DNA of 63,335 bases, filler included, from Candidatus Zapsychrus exili (GTDB lineage: Bacteria > Omnitrophota > Gorgyraeia > Zapsychrales > Zapsychraceae), in the NCBI GenBank assembly GCA_030765585.1. It is 7 parts of 7 records of this genome, joined end to end, with 100 filler letters (N's around TTAATTAATTAA, not from the genome) between each part and the next. Parts side by side here need not be neighbours in the genome. Positions count along the whole stretch, not along the records: positions 7,333 to 34,298 come from JAVCCJ010000019.1; 6 more parts are not named here. The stretch is one strand, 5' to 3'. Each line of letters begins with the position of its first letter. Positions within the stretch are counted from its first letter, which is position 1. Shown here one piece after another: positions 20,353 to 31,114 of the stretch. Made by a program: the position numbers and the translations under genes. A model generated the notes under the pieces. That model did no database searches. It had not been told where the DNA came from and saw only the letters and a list, made by a program, of their open reading frames with translations.

Positions 20353-21438
20353 ATGAAGATATTGCTTATTCACGCTTCAGCAGGTGCTGGACATTTAAAG
20401 GCAGCAGAAGCAGTTTATGTAAAGCTTAAAAATTATTCTGAACATGAGGTTGTTTTCGCTGATGCACTTGACTACTCGAGCAGCTTTTTTAAAAATCTTT
20501 ACAAAAAAACATATTATTATCTTGTTTCAAAAGTTCCTTTATTGTGGCAGTTTACTTTTGCTGTGTTGGATATTCCGTTTTTACAGCCGCTTATCTTAAA
20601 ACTCAGAAGAGTTTATAATGCTTTTAATGTTAGAAAGCTTCATGATTATCTTATAAAAGAGAATTTTGATTATATTATTTCATCACATTTTATGCCGACA
20701 GAAATTTCCTCTTCTTTAAAAGCAAAGGGTAAGATAACGTCAAAATTAATTACAGTAGTAACTGATTATGATGTGCATAGAATTTGGTTAGGTAAATTTG
20801 TAGATATGTATGCTGTTGCAAGCGAATGGACAAAGAAAAAGATGGATATTCTTGGAATTGATGAAAACAAGGTTGTTATAACTGGTATTCCAACCGATGA
20901 GAAGTTTTCTAAAACTAGAGATATATCAGAATTAAAGAAGAAATTAGGCGTTGAACAAGATGCTTTTACTGTGCTTATGGCAACAGGATCTTTTGGAATA
21001 GGTCCTATTGAGGAGATTATTAAAGCACTTTATAGTTTTCAGGTTGTTGTAGTTTGCGGACATAACAAAAAATTATTTGAAACTTTGACACAAAAACAAT
21101 ATGAATCTGTTGTTGTAAATGGATTAGTTGATAATATGGATGAGCTTATGGCAGTGTCAGATGTTATGCTTACTAAGCCAGGTGGCTTATCAATTTCAGA
21201 AGCATTAGTTAGCCAGTTACCTTTAATATTTTTTAATGCTATACCAGGACAAGAGACAAATAATATAAAAGTTCTTAAAGAATATGGTGTTGGAATTAGT
21301 AATTGTAGTATAAAAGAAATAGCGAAAGAACTTGAGTCTTTGCGCTCTTCTAGAGATAAATTTGCAACAGCTCTTATGAAAACAAAAGAGCTGGCCCGCC
21401 CATCCGCTGTAAGAGATATAATAAATTTGATTAAGTAA
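20353..21438 (+). CDS. MGDG synthase/UgtP-like glycosyltransferase (GT28)
   Basis: SAGAGH..AA, VTDY, TKPGGL..SEA, PGQE. Confidence 0.88.
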   Translation: MKILLIHASAGAGHLKAAEAVYVKLKNYSEHEVVFADALDYSSSFFKNLYKKTYYYLVSKVPLLWQFTFAVLDIPFLQPLILKLRRVYNAFNVRKLHDYLIKENFDYIISSHFMPTEISSSLKAKGKITSKLITVVTDYDVHRIWLGKFVDMYAVASEWTKKKMDILGIDENKVVITGIPTDEKFSKTRDISELKKKLGVEQDAFTVLMATGSFGIGPIEEIIKALYSFQVVVVCGHNKKLFETLTQKQYESVVVNGLVDNMDELMAVSDVMLTKPGGLSISEALVSQLPLIFFNAIPGQETNNIKVLKEYGVGISNCSIKEIAKELESLRSSRDKFATALMKTKELARPSAVRDIINLIK

Positions 21439-21445
21439 AGGCATT

Positions 21446-23299
21446 ATGACCCCTAAAATTGCCCAAGTTGTTGTAGACCTGCCGCTAGAAGGTCCTTTTG
21501 ATTATTCGATATCAGATGAATTCAGAAAATCTATTGACGTAGGGAAACGTGTAAGCATATTATTCAATAGAAAAAAAAGAGTAGGTTTTGTTATAGGGTT
21601 TAAGGAAAAAAGTAAGTTTAAAAGACTTAACCTAATAATAGATGTCTTAGATGTGACGCCTTCGGTAGATTCAAATGCTTTAAAATTAGCAGAAAATTTA
21701 AGTAAGTACTATGGTTGCTCCGTCGGAGAGGCGATTGAATCGTATCTTCCTAGTGCTCTAAGAAAAGCAAAGGCATTTGATGTAGATATAAAAATACCCC
21801 TTTTAGATAAAAATTTTAAAAGTAATGAAAAGCCGTTTTGTCTTCTGCATGATATGACCAGATTTAAGCGCTGGGATTATTTACAAGAAAGAATTAAGAG
21901 CGCATTAGATAAGAATCAAAGTGTTATTTTTTTAGTGCCCTCTGTAGCTTTAATTGAGGAAGTTTCTTTAAAGTTTTCGGCAGAGCTTAAACAATTGGTT
22001 GTAGCTTTAGATAAAAAACTTACCCCTAAAAAAGAGTTGGATGCTTGGATCGCAATAAAGACAGGTACACCAACAATTGTTATGGGTACGCTATCTGCGA
22101 TATTTGCGCCAACTCCTGATTTAGGATTAATTGTTATATATGACGAGGAAAATGCGGTTTATAAGCAAGAGCAATCTCCTTTTTATAATATTAAAAAAAT
22201 AGCAGAAATGCGAAGTGACCTAGAAGGCGCTTCTGTTATTTTGGTATCGGTCGCACCAACCGCAGAAACATTTAAAAACGCCAAGGGTAAGAAATGGGAA
22301 ACTGTAACATATTATCCAGACAAATATAGTGAGCTTCAAGTTATTGATATGAATAACTACAAATCTCAAAAGTCTACGTTTTTATCTTTTCCGCTTCAAA
22401 ATATGATTTATAGATCTATAGAAGAAAATAAAAAATTAGTTTTGTTTAGTAACAGGAGGGGCTTCACAACCTTAACGCGCTGTAATCAATGTGGGTTTAC
22501 AGTCAAATGTGCTCGGTGTGATGTGTCTTTAGTATATATGTATTCAAAGAAAAAACTTGTTTGTCGTCATTGTAATAGCGAAGAAGAACTTTCTCGTAAT
22601 TGTCCAAGTTGTGGTGGATCTTATATGAAATCGTTTGGCGAAGGAATTGAAAAGTTAGAAAGTGAGGTTGCAAGATTTTATCCGCAGGCAAGAGTAGGAC
22701 GTTATGAAAGAGATTCTAAGGAATTTCCAAGTCGGGCAAATGTTATTATTGCAACACAGGCTATATTAAAAGTGCAAGAAAGCATGAGTTTTGATGCTAT
22801 TGCTGTTATCAATTTTGACGCAGAGCTTAATCATTTTGATTATCGTGCGACCAACAGAGCTTTTTCTTTGCTTGCAGCCTTAAGACGCATGACAAAGTCT
22901 AAGCTTATGGTTCAAACTAGGATGAAGGATAGCTATGTTTTAAAGGCTTTAAACAAAATGGATTTTAATAAGTTTTATAAAAAAGAATTATCCTTAAGAA
23001 AAGAAGTTGATCTTGCCCCTTATAGATATTTGCTTTCGATTGTATTGCGAGGTGTCGACGATAAATTTGTTTTTGAGCAAAGTAATATTCTTTATGATAA
23101 GCTAAATGCGCTTAAAAAAGAAACTCAAGAAATATCAGATATTCATCCTGATATAATGCCTAAATTGCGTGATAAGTATAGGTATACTATAATGCTTAAG
23201 AGCAAAGGCAGAGAAGACGGATTAAAGCTTGTAAAAACGGCATTAAAAGATTTTAAACGAAAGAAAGATTTAATTGTAACTGTTAATGTTGATCCGTAA
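21446..23299 (+). CDS. priA: Primosomal protein N' with degenerate helicase motifs
   Basis: N-terminal 3'-binding domain, NRRGF, four CxxC pairs, C-terminal NVDP. Confidence 0.9.
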   Translation: MTPKIAQVVVDLPLEGPFDYSISDEFRKSIDVGKRVSILFNRKKRVGFVIGFKEKSKFKRLNLIIDVLDVTPSVDSNALKLAENLSKYYGCSVGEAIESYLPSALRKAKAFDVDIKIPLLDKNFKSNEKPFCLLHDMTRFKRWDYLQERIKSALDKNQSVIFLVPSVALIEEVSLKFSAELKQLVVALDKKLTPKKELDAWIAIKTGTPTIVMGTLSAIFAPTPDLGLIVIYDEENAVYKQEQSPFYNIKKIAEMRSDLEGASVILVSVAPTAETFKNAKGKKWETVTYYPDKYSELQVIDMNNYKSQKSTFLSFPLQNMIYRSIEENKKLVLFSNRRGFTTLTRCNQCGFTVKCARCDVSLVYMYSKKKLVCRHCNSEEELSRNCPSCGGSYMKSFGEGIEKLESEVARFYPQARVGRYERDSKEFPSRANVIIATQAILKVQESMSFDAIAVINFDAELNHFDYRATNRAFSLLAALRRMTKSKLMVQTRMKDSYVLKALNKMDFNKFYKKELSLRKEVDLAPYRYLLSIVLRGVDDKFVFEQSNILYDKLNALKKETQEISDIHPDIMPKLRDKYRYTIMLKSKGREDGLKLVKTALKDFKRKKDLIVTVNVDP

Positions 23300-23340
23300 T
23301 AATAAGGGGTAAGGTTTAAGGGGTAAGAGAAAACGAAAGG

Positions 23341-23412
23341 TGTCATTGCGAGGAGCCAAAGGCGACGCGGCAATCTATAAATAAGATTGTTTTACTTACG
23401 TTCGCAATGACA
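23341..23412. repeat. REP/RPE-like palindrome
   Basis: TGTCATTGCGA...GCAATC...GATTG...TCGCAATGACA, preceded by TAAGGGG-type heptamers at 23303-23329. Confidence 0.75.
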
Positions 23413-23423
23413 ATAGTCCATTT

Positions 23424-24356
23424 ATGAAAATTGTATTTTTTGGTTCAGATGATTTTGCACGCGCACATCTTGAGTCTTTATTAGAGTCAGGATTTGAAGT
23501 GGTTTGTTGTGTTACTCAACCGGATAGGTCGAAAGACAGGGGAATGAAATTGTCGATCTCACCTATTAAAGAATGTGCGCAGGAAGAAGGCATATCAATA
23601 ATTCAACCAGAGAGCTTTGATGAAGCAATTGTTGCTGCACTTAAAGATTTTGAAGCTGACCTTTTTGTAGTAATTTCATATGGCAAGATTTTGCCGCAAG
23701 AGATTATAGATATACCAAAAATTTGTGCGATTAATGTTCATCCTTCTATCTTGCCTAAATATAGGGGGGCAGCTCCAATTAATTGGGCAATAATAAATGG
23801 TGATAAAAAGACAGGGGTATCAATTATAAAGCTTAATTTAAAGATGGATGCAGGCGATATTGTATCTTGTGAAGAAGTTGATATAGCAGACGAAGACACC
23901 GCAAGCACACTTCGTGTTAAAACTATGATGATAGGTTCTGGGTTGTTAAAAGAAACAATAGGCATGTTAGAAAATGATACTTGTCAATATATGGCTCAAG
24001 AGCAAAAAAGCGTGACTTTAGCTCCAAAATTAACCAAAGAATTAGGACTTATTGATTGGAGCCAAAGCGCAGTTATTATTAATAATAAGGTTCGTGGGCT
24101 TAGTCCTTGGCCTAGCGCTTATACGTACTATGAAGGCAAATTATTTAAGATATTAGATTCAGAAGTAGTTGATAATAAACAAGATAGGTCATTTGGTGAA
24201 GTCATTGAAGCATCTAAGAGCGGAATATTGGTTCAAACCAAAGAAAACTCCCTCCTTTTAAAGCAAGTCCAGTTACAAGGCTCAAAAGAAATGCCTGCAC
24301 ATAGCTTTTGTATAGGTCATAAAATAGAGGTAGGATTTAAATTTAGTAATTTGTAA
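23424..24356 (+). CDS. fmt: Methionyl-tRNA formyltransferase
   Basis: VTQPDR, NVHPSILPKYRGAAPI, MDAGD, PWP. Confidence 0.96.
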   Translation: MKIVFFGSDDFARAHLESLLESGFEVVCCVTQPDRSKDRGMKLSISPIKECAQEEGISIIQPESFDEAIVAALKDFEADLFVVISYGKILPQEIIDIPKICAINVHPSILPKYRGAAPINWAIINGDKKTGVSIIKLNLKMDAGDIVSCEEVDIADEDTASTLRVKTMMIGSGLLKETIGMLENDTCQYMAQEQKSVTLAPKLTKELGLIDWSQSAVIINNKVRGLSPWPSAYTYYEGKLFKILDSEVVDNKQDRSFGEVIEASKSGILVQTKENSLLLKQVQLQGSKEMPAHSFCIGHKIEVGFKFSNL

Positions 24357-24478
24357 AATATGTGGTGGCAGGCACCAAACTGTTCACCTTTAGGTGCCTG
24401 ACCTCACTGTTATTTGCATTATTATTAATAATAGTATATACTCTTTTTAAATTCAATTTGAATTTAAAAATATATTTA

Positions 24479-24554
24479 TATATATTAAAGTAAACGCTTT
24501 CCTAAAAGGGGTCTTAACCCCTTTTTTTTATTAAGAATATATTTTATACTTTTA
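24479..24554 (+). promoter_or_regulatory. Conserved upstream element of the modular secreted protein gene (copy 1)
   Basis: TATATATTAAAGTAAACGCTTTCCTAAAA...TATACTTTTA, matched at 30849-30924. Confidence 0.65.
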
Positions 24555-24589
24555 GTGTAAAAGAGTTTGTATAAATAACTGGAGAATTA

Positions 24590-27500
24590 ATGACTTTGGG
24601 GATTATCAATAATAAGAATAAATTTATACGTAAGACTATTAGTGTGTTTATAACCTTAGCGTTTTCGTGTAATATTGCTTTGCCTGCTTATGCCCAATCT
24701 GCGTTTGCAAATAATCCTATTGTTCTTGGCACAACATTTACTCCAGCTGTGATAAAGGGCTTGAGAGTATCTGTAGACAATCCTTTAAAATTTAATTTTA
24801 TAGTAGATAGGGGAGGCTTTGAAGGCGCAGAGCTAAAGGGTGAATATACAAAGTTGATAAAATATTTTTTAGCATCGCTTACTACAAAAGAAGATGATAT
24901 GTGGGTCAATTTAAATCCTCGCGAACAAAATCGTATTATTCCTCAAAGTTTCGGGCAAACAGAAATGGGACGAGATCTCTTATCGCAAGACTATCTTTTA
25001 AAACAAATAACATCTTCTTTAATGCATCCAGAAGGTGAGGTTGGTAAGAAATTCTGGGATGAAATATATGCGCAGACTTATCAAAAGTATGGAACAACAG
25101 ATGTTGATGTTGATACATTAAATAAAGTTTGGATTGTTCCGAATAAATCTGTGGTCTACGAAAATGAAGGTAAGGCCTTTATAGTTGAGGCAAATTTGAA
25201 GGTTATGTTAGAGGAAGAATATTTAGATAGTAGGCAGTATACAGTAGGCAATAGGCAACAAAAATCTTTGCCAACTGCCAACAGCCAACTGCCAACTCAA
25301 ATTATTAAAAATATAATTATTCCTAAGCTCGAGCAAGAAGTAAATAACGGAGAGTATTTTGCTCCATTACGTCAAATCTACCACTCTCTAATATTGGCTG
25401 TTTGGTATAAGCAAAAATTAAAAAATGGTATTTTGTCTAAGCTTTATGTAGATAAAGGCAAGATAGCTGGAGTTGATATAGAAGATAAGCAGGAATTTAA
25501 GAAAATATATAATAAGTATGTTGAGACGTTTAAAAAGGGTGCTTATAGTTACATAAAGGAAGAGTATGACCCTACCACTCAATCGATTATTCCAAAGAAG
25601 TATTTTTCTGGTGGTGCCACGCTTAAGCCGAATTTAGAGATAGTAGATTACATGGACCCTGCTTTACTTGTAGATAAAAAGAATATTGACGATGTTGAGG
25701 TTGATTTGGCTATGTTAGGTAAAGATAAAGGCGATATTGAAAAATTAAAGAAATCTTTAAACAAAATAAAAGATGAAGTCAAGGTTCAGATTTTTGAAGA
25801 TATGGGAATTTTTATTCATGACATAATGAAGGAGATATTTCCGTTACAAATGGTAGAGATATTTTTAGGCACAGCTTTAGTAAACATTAGTGAAAGCGAA
25901 GATATTCATGCGCAGATTTCAGATTTAAGAAATTCATTAGACAAAATAATTAATATAACTAATGATGTGCAAACCGCAGTTTTTGAGGCGCTTGAGCAGT
26001 ACAGTGTTACTGATGAAGATATTGACAATATTAGATTAGGTGGTTCTTTAAAGAATTTTAAAAATGATATGCGCAATAAATTAATAGAATTGACACAAGG
26101 TGCGATTAATGAAAAAACTTTAATAGCAGAAGAAGCTCGTGAAAGAATGCAGGAGCTTTTTGATAGAAATCAATCTTTGTTTGATAGTGTATTTAAAATT
26201 TTAGATAAACATATAAAAAATTCTAAAATAAGAGAAGACATAGATTTATACCATTTTACATTTTTATTTGATTTTTTAAGAAAGGGGTTAAAAGAAAAAG
26301 TTGAATCGTCTTTTTTTGATTTAAATAGTATTGTGTCTTACGCTTTACGAATAGCGAGCAATAAGTTTCATTCGCCTGCCAATATAGAGGTAATTGTTGA
26401 TTATCCAAAAAATCTTTCTGATATTAATGCAGATAAGGTACAGATTTATAAGGTATTGTTAAACATGTTATATAATGCGTATGAAGAACTTGAAGAGCAC
26501 AAGGAATTAAAGGGAATTATTAAAATAAGTGTTGAGGAAGATAGAAATGAAAATATTGTCATAAAAATTATTGATTCAGGTAGAGGAATGCCTAAAAAAA
26601 TAAGAAAAAAAGTTCTTAAAGACTATGGCGCTACAACAAAGAAAGGCGGAAGTGGTATAGGTGTTTTTGGATCAAAACAAAAGATAATCAAGGGCTTGGG
26701 AAAATTTAATATTAAAAGTATAGAGGAAACAAAAAACAAAGCAGGAAACACGACCGTTATAATAACAATTCCAAAGGATTACGAAAAAAGAGCAGCAGAA
26801 TACAAAAGAAGACTTTTTTCGGTTGATAAGATTAGATCAATATTAAGAGTGGCTGAAGGATGGCTTGTTAATTTTAAAGGAAATAAGTTTATTCCAACCA
26901 TGTTTGCTAAGCGCCAAAAGTCCATTTTTGCTAAAAGACAAGTAATCAAAACAGAAGTTTTGTCAGTCGACAAAATTAAGTTAAGTTTAGAAGAGTTTGG
27001 GAAATTGTTTAATAATCTTAATGAAGCCCTTGTCGATAGTGAAGGCGAAGTTGAAGATATAAAAGAGATTATAGAATTGAATTATGAAATAATAACTGAA
27101 GAAGCTGGAAACTCTGACGTAGAAGAAAATATCTTATTTGATTTATTTATAAGTTTCTTAAAGAGTATTGGTGATGCAATTAGAAGGGGTATAGACGAAA
27201 AACATCTTGATGCGAATATTGTGGCTGTTAAGGAAATACAAGAATACTTAGGTTTAACTTTAAGTGAAAATGATAATGTTTTAAAACAAGATAAGGCTAT
27301 GATAGTAAATCAAGAAAATGAGCAAGGCGCTATCAAGGCTGCAGATGTTTTTAAGCTTTTTAATGATGTTCAAAAAGAGTTTGCCTCTGTAGAATTTTTA
27401 GATAAAGTTGTTAAAGAAATTGTGAAAGAAAATGATAATTTTGTAAAAGAAGCGCAAGAGATATCAAATAAATTAAAGGAATTTATTAGTAGTTACTCAG

Positions 27501-28057
27501 AGATATTGTTAGATCACAATTTAAATATATTAAACGATTATGCCGAGAAAAATAGCATGACATTTCTAGATGATGAAGCACTTGAGCTTGTAGTTCCAAA
27601 ACTTACAAGAGAAAGAATTTCGTTTAATATTTTCGCGTATAATGATTATGCTACACACGCAATAGCAACTATAAAAGATAGAATAGAAAATTTTAATGGG
27701 TTTGAGGAGGCTATAAAAGATACAGCAAAGAATAAATTTGACACTAAGTTTGAAATAGAAGATATTGCTAAATTTTTGCCATTACTAGAAAAAGGTTTAA
27801 GCGGAAGCTTACCATTAGATGATAAAGCTATGATAGCAAAACAAGTTAATGAAAAAAGAGTTGGTGGTATTGATTTGACTAAAGATAGACTTGATTTAGA
27901 TATTAAATCAGAAAATAGCTTTGATTTTGATATAGATTTAAATGGTGTTAAAGAAGCTGATATTAATGGTTTTATGCCTGTAATTATTCATATTTTACCA
28001 ATAAATAATCTGCCGCTTTTCTTAGGCTTATCTAAAAAAGATAAAACTACTTCTTAA
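24590..28057 (+). CDS. Large secreted modular protein: conserved N-domain, histidine-kinase module, unknown module, GGIDL tail
   Basis: Signal peptide (AYA|Q); N-terminal ~340 aa clearly homologous to the 31115 ORF; H/N/G1/G2 boxes; DLAM, DKAM, DKAM separators. Confidence 0.85.
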   Translation: MTLGIINNKNKFIRKTISVFITLAFSCNIALPAYAQSAFANNPIVLGTTFTPAVIKGLRVSVDNPLKFNFIVDRGGFEGAELKGEYTKLIKYFLASLTTKEDDMWVNLNPREQNRIIPQSFGQTEMGRDLLSQDYLLKQITSSLMHPEGEVGKKFWDEIYAQTYQKYGTTDVDVDTLNKVWIVPNKSVVYENEGKAFIVEANLKVMLEEEYLDSRQYTVGNRQQKSLPTANSQLPTQIIKNIIIPKLEQEVNNGEYFAPLRQIYHSLILAVWYKQKLKNGILSKLYVDKGKIAGVDIEDKQEFKKIYNKYVETFKKGAYSYIKEEYDPTTQSIIPKKYFSGGATLKPNLEIVDYMDPALLVDKKNIDDVEVDLAMLGKDKGDIEKLKKSLNKIKDEVKVQIFEDMGIFIHDIMKEIFPLQMVEIFLGTALVNISESEDIHAQISDLRNSLDKIINITNDVQTAVFEALEQYSVTDEDIDNIRLGGSLKNFKNDMRNKLIELTQGAINEKTLIAEEARERMQELFDRNQSLFDSVFKILDKHIKNSKIREDIDLYHFTFLFDFLRKGLKEKVESSFFDLNSIVSYALRIASNKFHSPANIEVIVDYPKNLSDINADKVQIYKVLLNMLYNAYEELEEHKELKGIIKISVEEDRNENIVIKIIDSGRGMPKKIRKKVLKDYGATTKKGGSGIGVFGSKQKIIKGLGKFNIKSIEETKNKAGNTTVIITIPKDYEKRAAEYKRRLFSVDKIRSILRVAEGWLVNFKGNKFIPTMFAKRQKSIFAKRQVIKTEVLSVDKIKLSLEEFGKLFNNLNEALVDSEGEVEDIKEIIELNYEIITEEAGNSDVEENILFDLFISFLKSIGDAIRRGIDEKHLDANIVAVKEIQEYLGLTLSENDNVLKQDKAMIVNQENEQGAIKAADVFKLFNDVQKEFASVEFLDKVVKEIVKENDNFVKEAQEISNKLKEFISSYSEILLDHNLNILNDYAEKNSMTFLDDEALELVVPKLTRERISFNIFAYNDYATHAIATIKDRIENFNGFEEAIKDTAKNKFDTKFEIEDIAKFLPLLEKGLSGSLPLDDKAMIAKQVNEKRVGGIDLTKDRLDLDIKSENSFDFDIDLNGVKEADINGFMPVIIHILPINNLPLFLGLSKKDKTTS

Positions 28058-28065
28058 TTATTCTA

Positions 28066-28092
28066 TTGACAAATTCTGTAGTTGTGTATAAT
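28066..28092 (+). promoter_or_regulatory. Probable gap promoter
   Basis: TTGACA-15 nt-TATAAT (short spacer, TG-rich before -10). Confidence 0.5.
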
Positions 28093-28163
28093 ACAAGCAT
28101 TGATTTATTTTACCAAAGAGGGTAAAATTTTAATCATAAAGTTTAATTATTGTAATTATTTAA

Positions 28164-29171
<1,008 letters not shown>

Positions 29172-29195
29172 AAGCAGGGATTAATAAATAGATTG

Positions 29196-29232
29196 AAAAA
29201 GGGGGCTTAAAAAAGCCACCCTTTTTCTTTTT
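29196..29232 (+). terminator. Intrinsic terminator after gap
   Basis: AAAAAGGGGGCTT...AAGCCACCCTTTTTCTTTTT. Confidence 0.7.
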
Positions 29233-29268
29233 ATTGACAGTTTTTGGCTTTTAAGCTATATAAGTTAT

Positions 29269-30339
29269 ATGTCTACACAGCTTACAAAATCAGCTTACCA
29301 GCAACTTTTAACGGATATATCTTATATTTATCAAGAAGCTAAAGAACGCTCTAACAAAATAGTCGATTCTATACTTACCAAGGCTTATTGGGAAATTGGT
29401 AAGAAAATAGTAGAAATTGACCAAGGCGGACAAGAAAGAGCTTCTTATGATAAGCAAATAATAGAAAAACTTTCTGAAGGTCTTACAGAGCGCCTTGGAA
29501 AAGGTTTTTCTGTTGAAAATTTAAGAAAAATGAGACGTTTTTATATCTCTTACCCAATTCGGTCGGCGCCGACCGAATTGGATTGGACTAGATATAAAGT
29601 GCTTTCTGCCGTAAAAGAAGACTACAAACGCACATATTATGAACGTGAAGCTATAAAGAATGACTGGAGCTCTCGCGATCTTATTCAAGTTATCAAAGCA
29701 GATAGGGTGGCTCACGAACCTTTTAGAGAGCACACAGAAAAGCCTCAAGAATTAATGCAAGACCCTAAATTGAAGATGACGAGGGGTGCACTTTACACGT
29801 ATTCTTTAATTGAATCTGAAATATTGAATAAAAGCGACAAAGCGCCCAAGCTATTGGTAGACTGTGGATTTGGTGTTGCCCGTCACGTTATAGAACATTT
29901 TGAAGGCTTTAGTAGCGGTGATATTATAGAGTCTAGAAAATCGAACAAGTTTTTTAAGATAATGCCAAGCTCTTACAGGAAAGACGAACTGTTTACTTAC
30001 ATTGCTTATGTGTCAGATATTATTGATGGAGATACTATTTGGTGTCAGATCGATTTAGGGTTTGGAACTTGGACTAAACAAAAGCTTCGTTTTCGTGGGA
30101 TTGATGCGTCAGAGATTAATACTCAAAGAGGTGAGCGAGCACGTGAATTTGTAAAGAAAGAATTAAAGTCATTGCCGTTTATTATTGTTAAAACTTATAA
30201 AGAAGATAAATATGGCCGCTATTTGGCAGATATATTTTATAGTGATACTTCCGACGACCCAGAGGATGTAGCAACGCACGGAAAATTCTTAAATCAAATT
30301 TTAGTTGACGGAAATCTAGCAAAGATCTATAACTATTGA
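29269..30339 (+). CDS. DUF1016 (YhcG) N-terminal domain fused to thermonuclease (SNase) domain
   Basis: YWEIGKKI, GKGFSVENLRKMRRFY; C-terminal IIDGDT, LRFRGIDASE, DKYGRYLAD. Confidence 0.85.
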   Translation: MSTQLTKSAYQQLLTDISYIYQEAKERSNKIVDSILTKAYWEIGKKIVEIDQGGQERASYDKQIIEKLSEGLTERLGKGFSVENLRKMRRFYISYPIRSAPTELDWTRYKVLSAVKEDYKRTYYEREAIKNDWSSRDLIQVIKADRVAHEPFREHTEKPQELMQDPKLKMTRGALYTYSLIESEILNKSDKAPKLLVDCGFGVARHVIEHFEGFSSGDIIESRKSNKFFKIMPSSYRKDELFTYIAYVSDIIDGDTIWCQIDLGFGTWTKQKLRFRGIDASEINTQRGERAREFVKKELKSLPFIIVKTYKEDKYGRYLADIFYSDTSDDPEDVATHGKFLNQILVDGNLAKIYNY

Positions 30340-30432
30340 TATAAAATGACTTTTATCTTTAGTATTAACTTTTTAACATATGTCGATTAATAATAAATTG
30401 TTTTTTAAACATATTAAATAGAGGATATAGAC

Positions 30433-30624
30433 ATGGGACGCATTGCTTCTAAAATTAAAAAAGTTGCAACAAGTATGACTAGAAGAAGAACTTTAGTTAA
30501 GAAACCACAAGTTACAGATGAGATGATTGCACAAAAGGCTTATGAGCTTTATGAAAGCCGAGGTAGTAATCATGGCGGAGATTTTGATGATTGGGCTGAA
30601 GCTAAGAAAATACTAGGCATTTAA
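30433..30624 (+). CDS. DUF2934 small protein
   Basis: IAQKAYELYESRG...DDWAEA. Confidence 0.85.
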   Translation: MGRIASKIKKVATSMTRRRTLVKKPQVTDEMIAQKAYELYESRGSNHGGDFDDWAEAKKILGI

Positions 30625-30650
30625 AATATATTTAATAAATAAATTTCTTT

Positions 30651-30691
30651 AAGGCGACAACTTCTTTTTAAAAGAAAATGTCGCCTTTTTG
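30651..30691 (+). terminator. Intrinsic terminator
   Basis: AAGGCGACA...TGTCGCCTTTTT. Confidence 0.7.
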
Positions 30692-30848
30692 TTTAGGGGT
30701 TGCGCCCTTTGGGCGGGCGGGTATGACCCCTTTCTTTTTGGCTTGCTCACCACAGCGATATAGAACTATATTTTATAATATTAATATTTATCTCTTTTTA
30801 ATATATTTCTTTAAGTCCATTATTAGCAGTAGTTTATATATAATAATC

Positions 30849-30924
30849 TATATATAAAGCAACCGCTTTCCTAAAAATACCTAAATACCCCCTAAAACCC
30901 ATATATATATATATTATACTTTTA
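30849..30924 (+). promoter_or_regulatory. Conserved upstream element of the modular secreted protein gene (copy 2)
   Basis: TATATATAAAGCAACCGCTTTCCTAAAA...TATACTTTTA. Confidence 0.65.
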
Positions 30925-30936
30925 ATGAGCTCTAAG

Positions 30937-31092
30937 CTTACGTAACGAGTTTTTGAACGAGTGAACGTAAGTTTGTTGAGCGAATTAACCCCGCAAGCGT
31001 GAGCGAAACGAACATCGCGGGGTAATATGTACTAATTAAACAAGATCCCTCGCTTACGCTCGGGATAAATTTGTCTCGTAAAATACGAGACT
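30937..31092. repeat. Cluster of four short palindromic REP-like elements in a 5' leader
   Basis: CTTACGT..ACGTAAG; ACCCCGC..GCGGGGT; AGATCCCTCGCTTACGCTCGGGAT; GTCTCGTA..TACGAGAC. Confidence 0.7.
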
Positions 31093-31114
31093 CATTTAAA
31101 GGATTAAGGATCAA

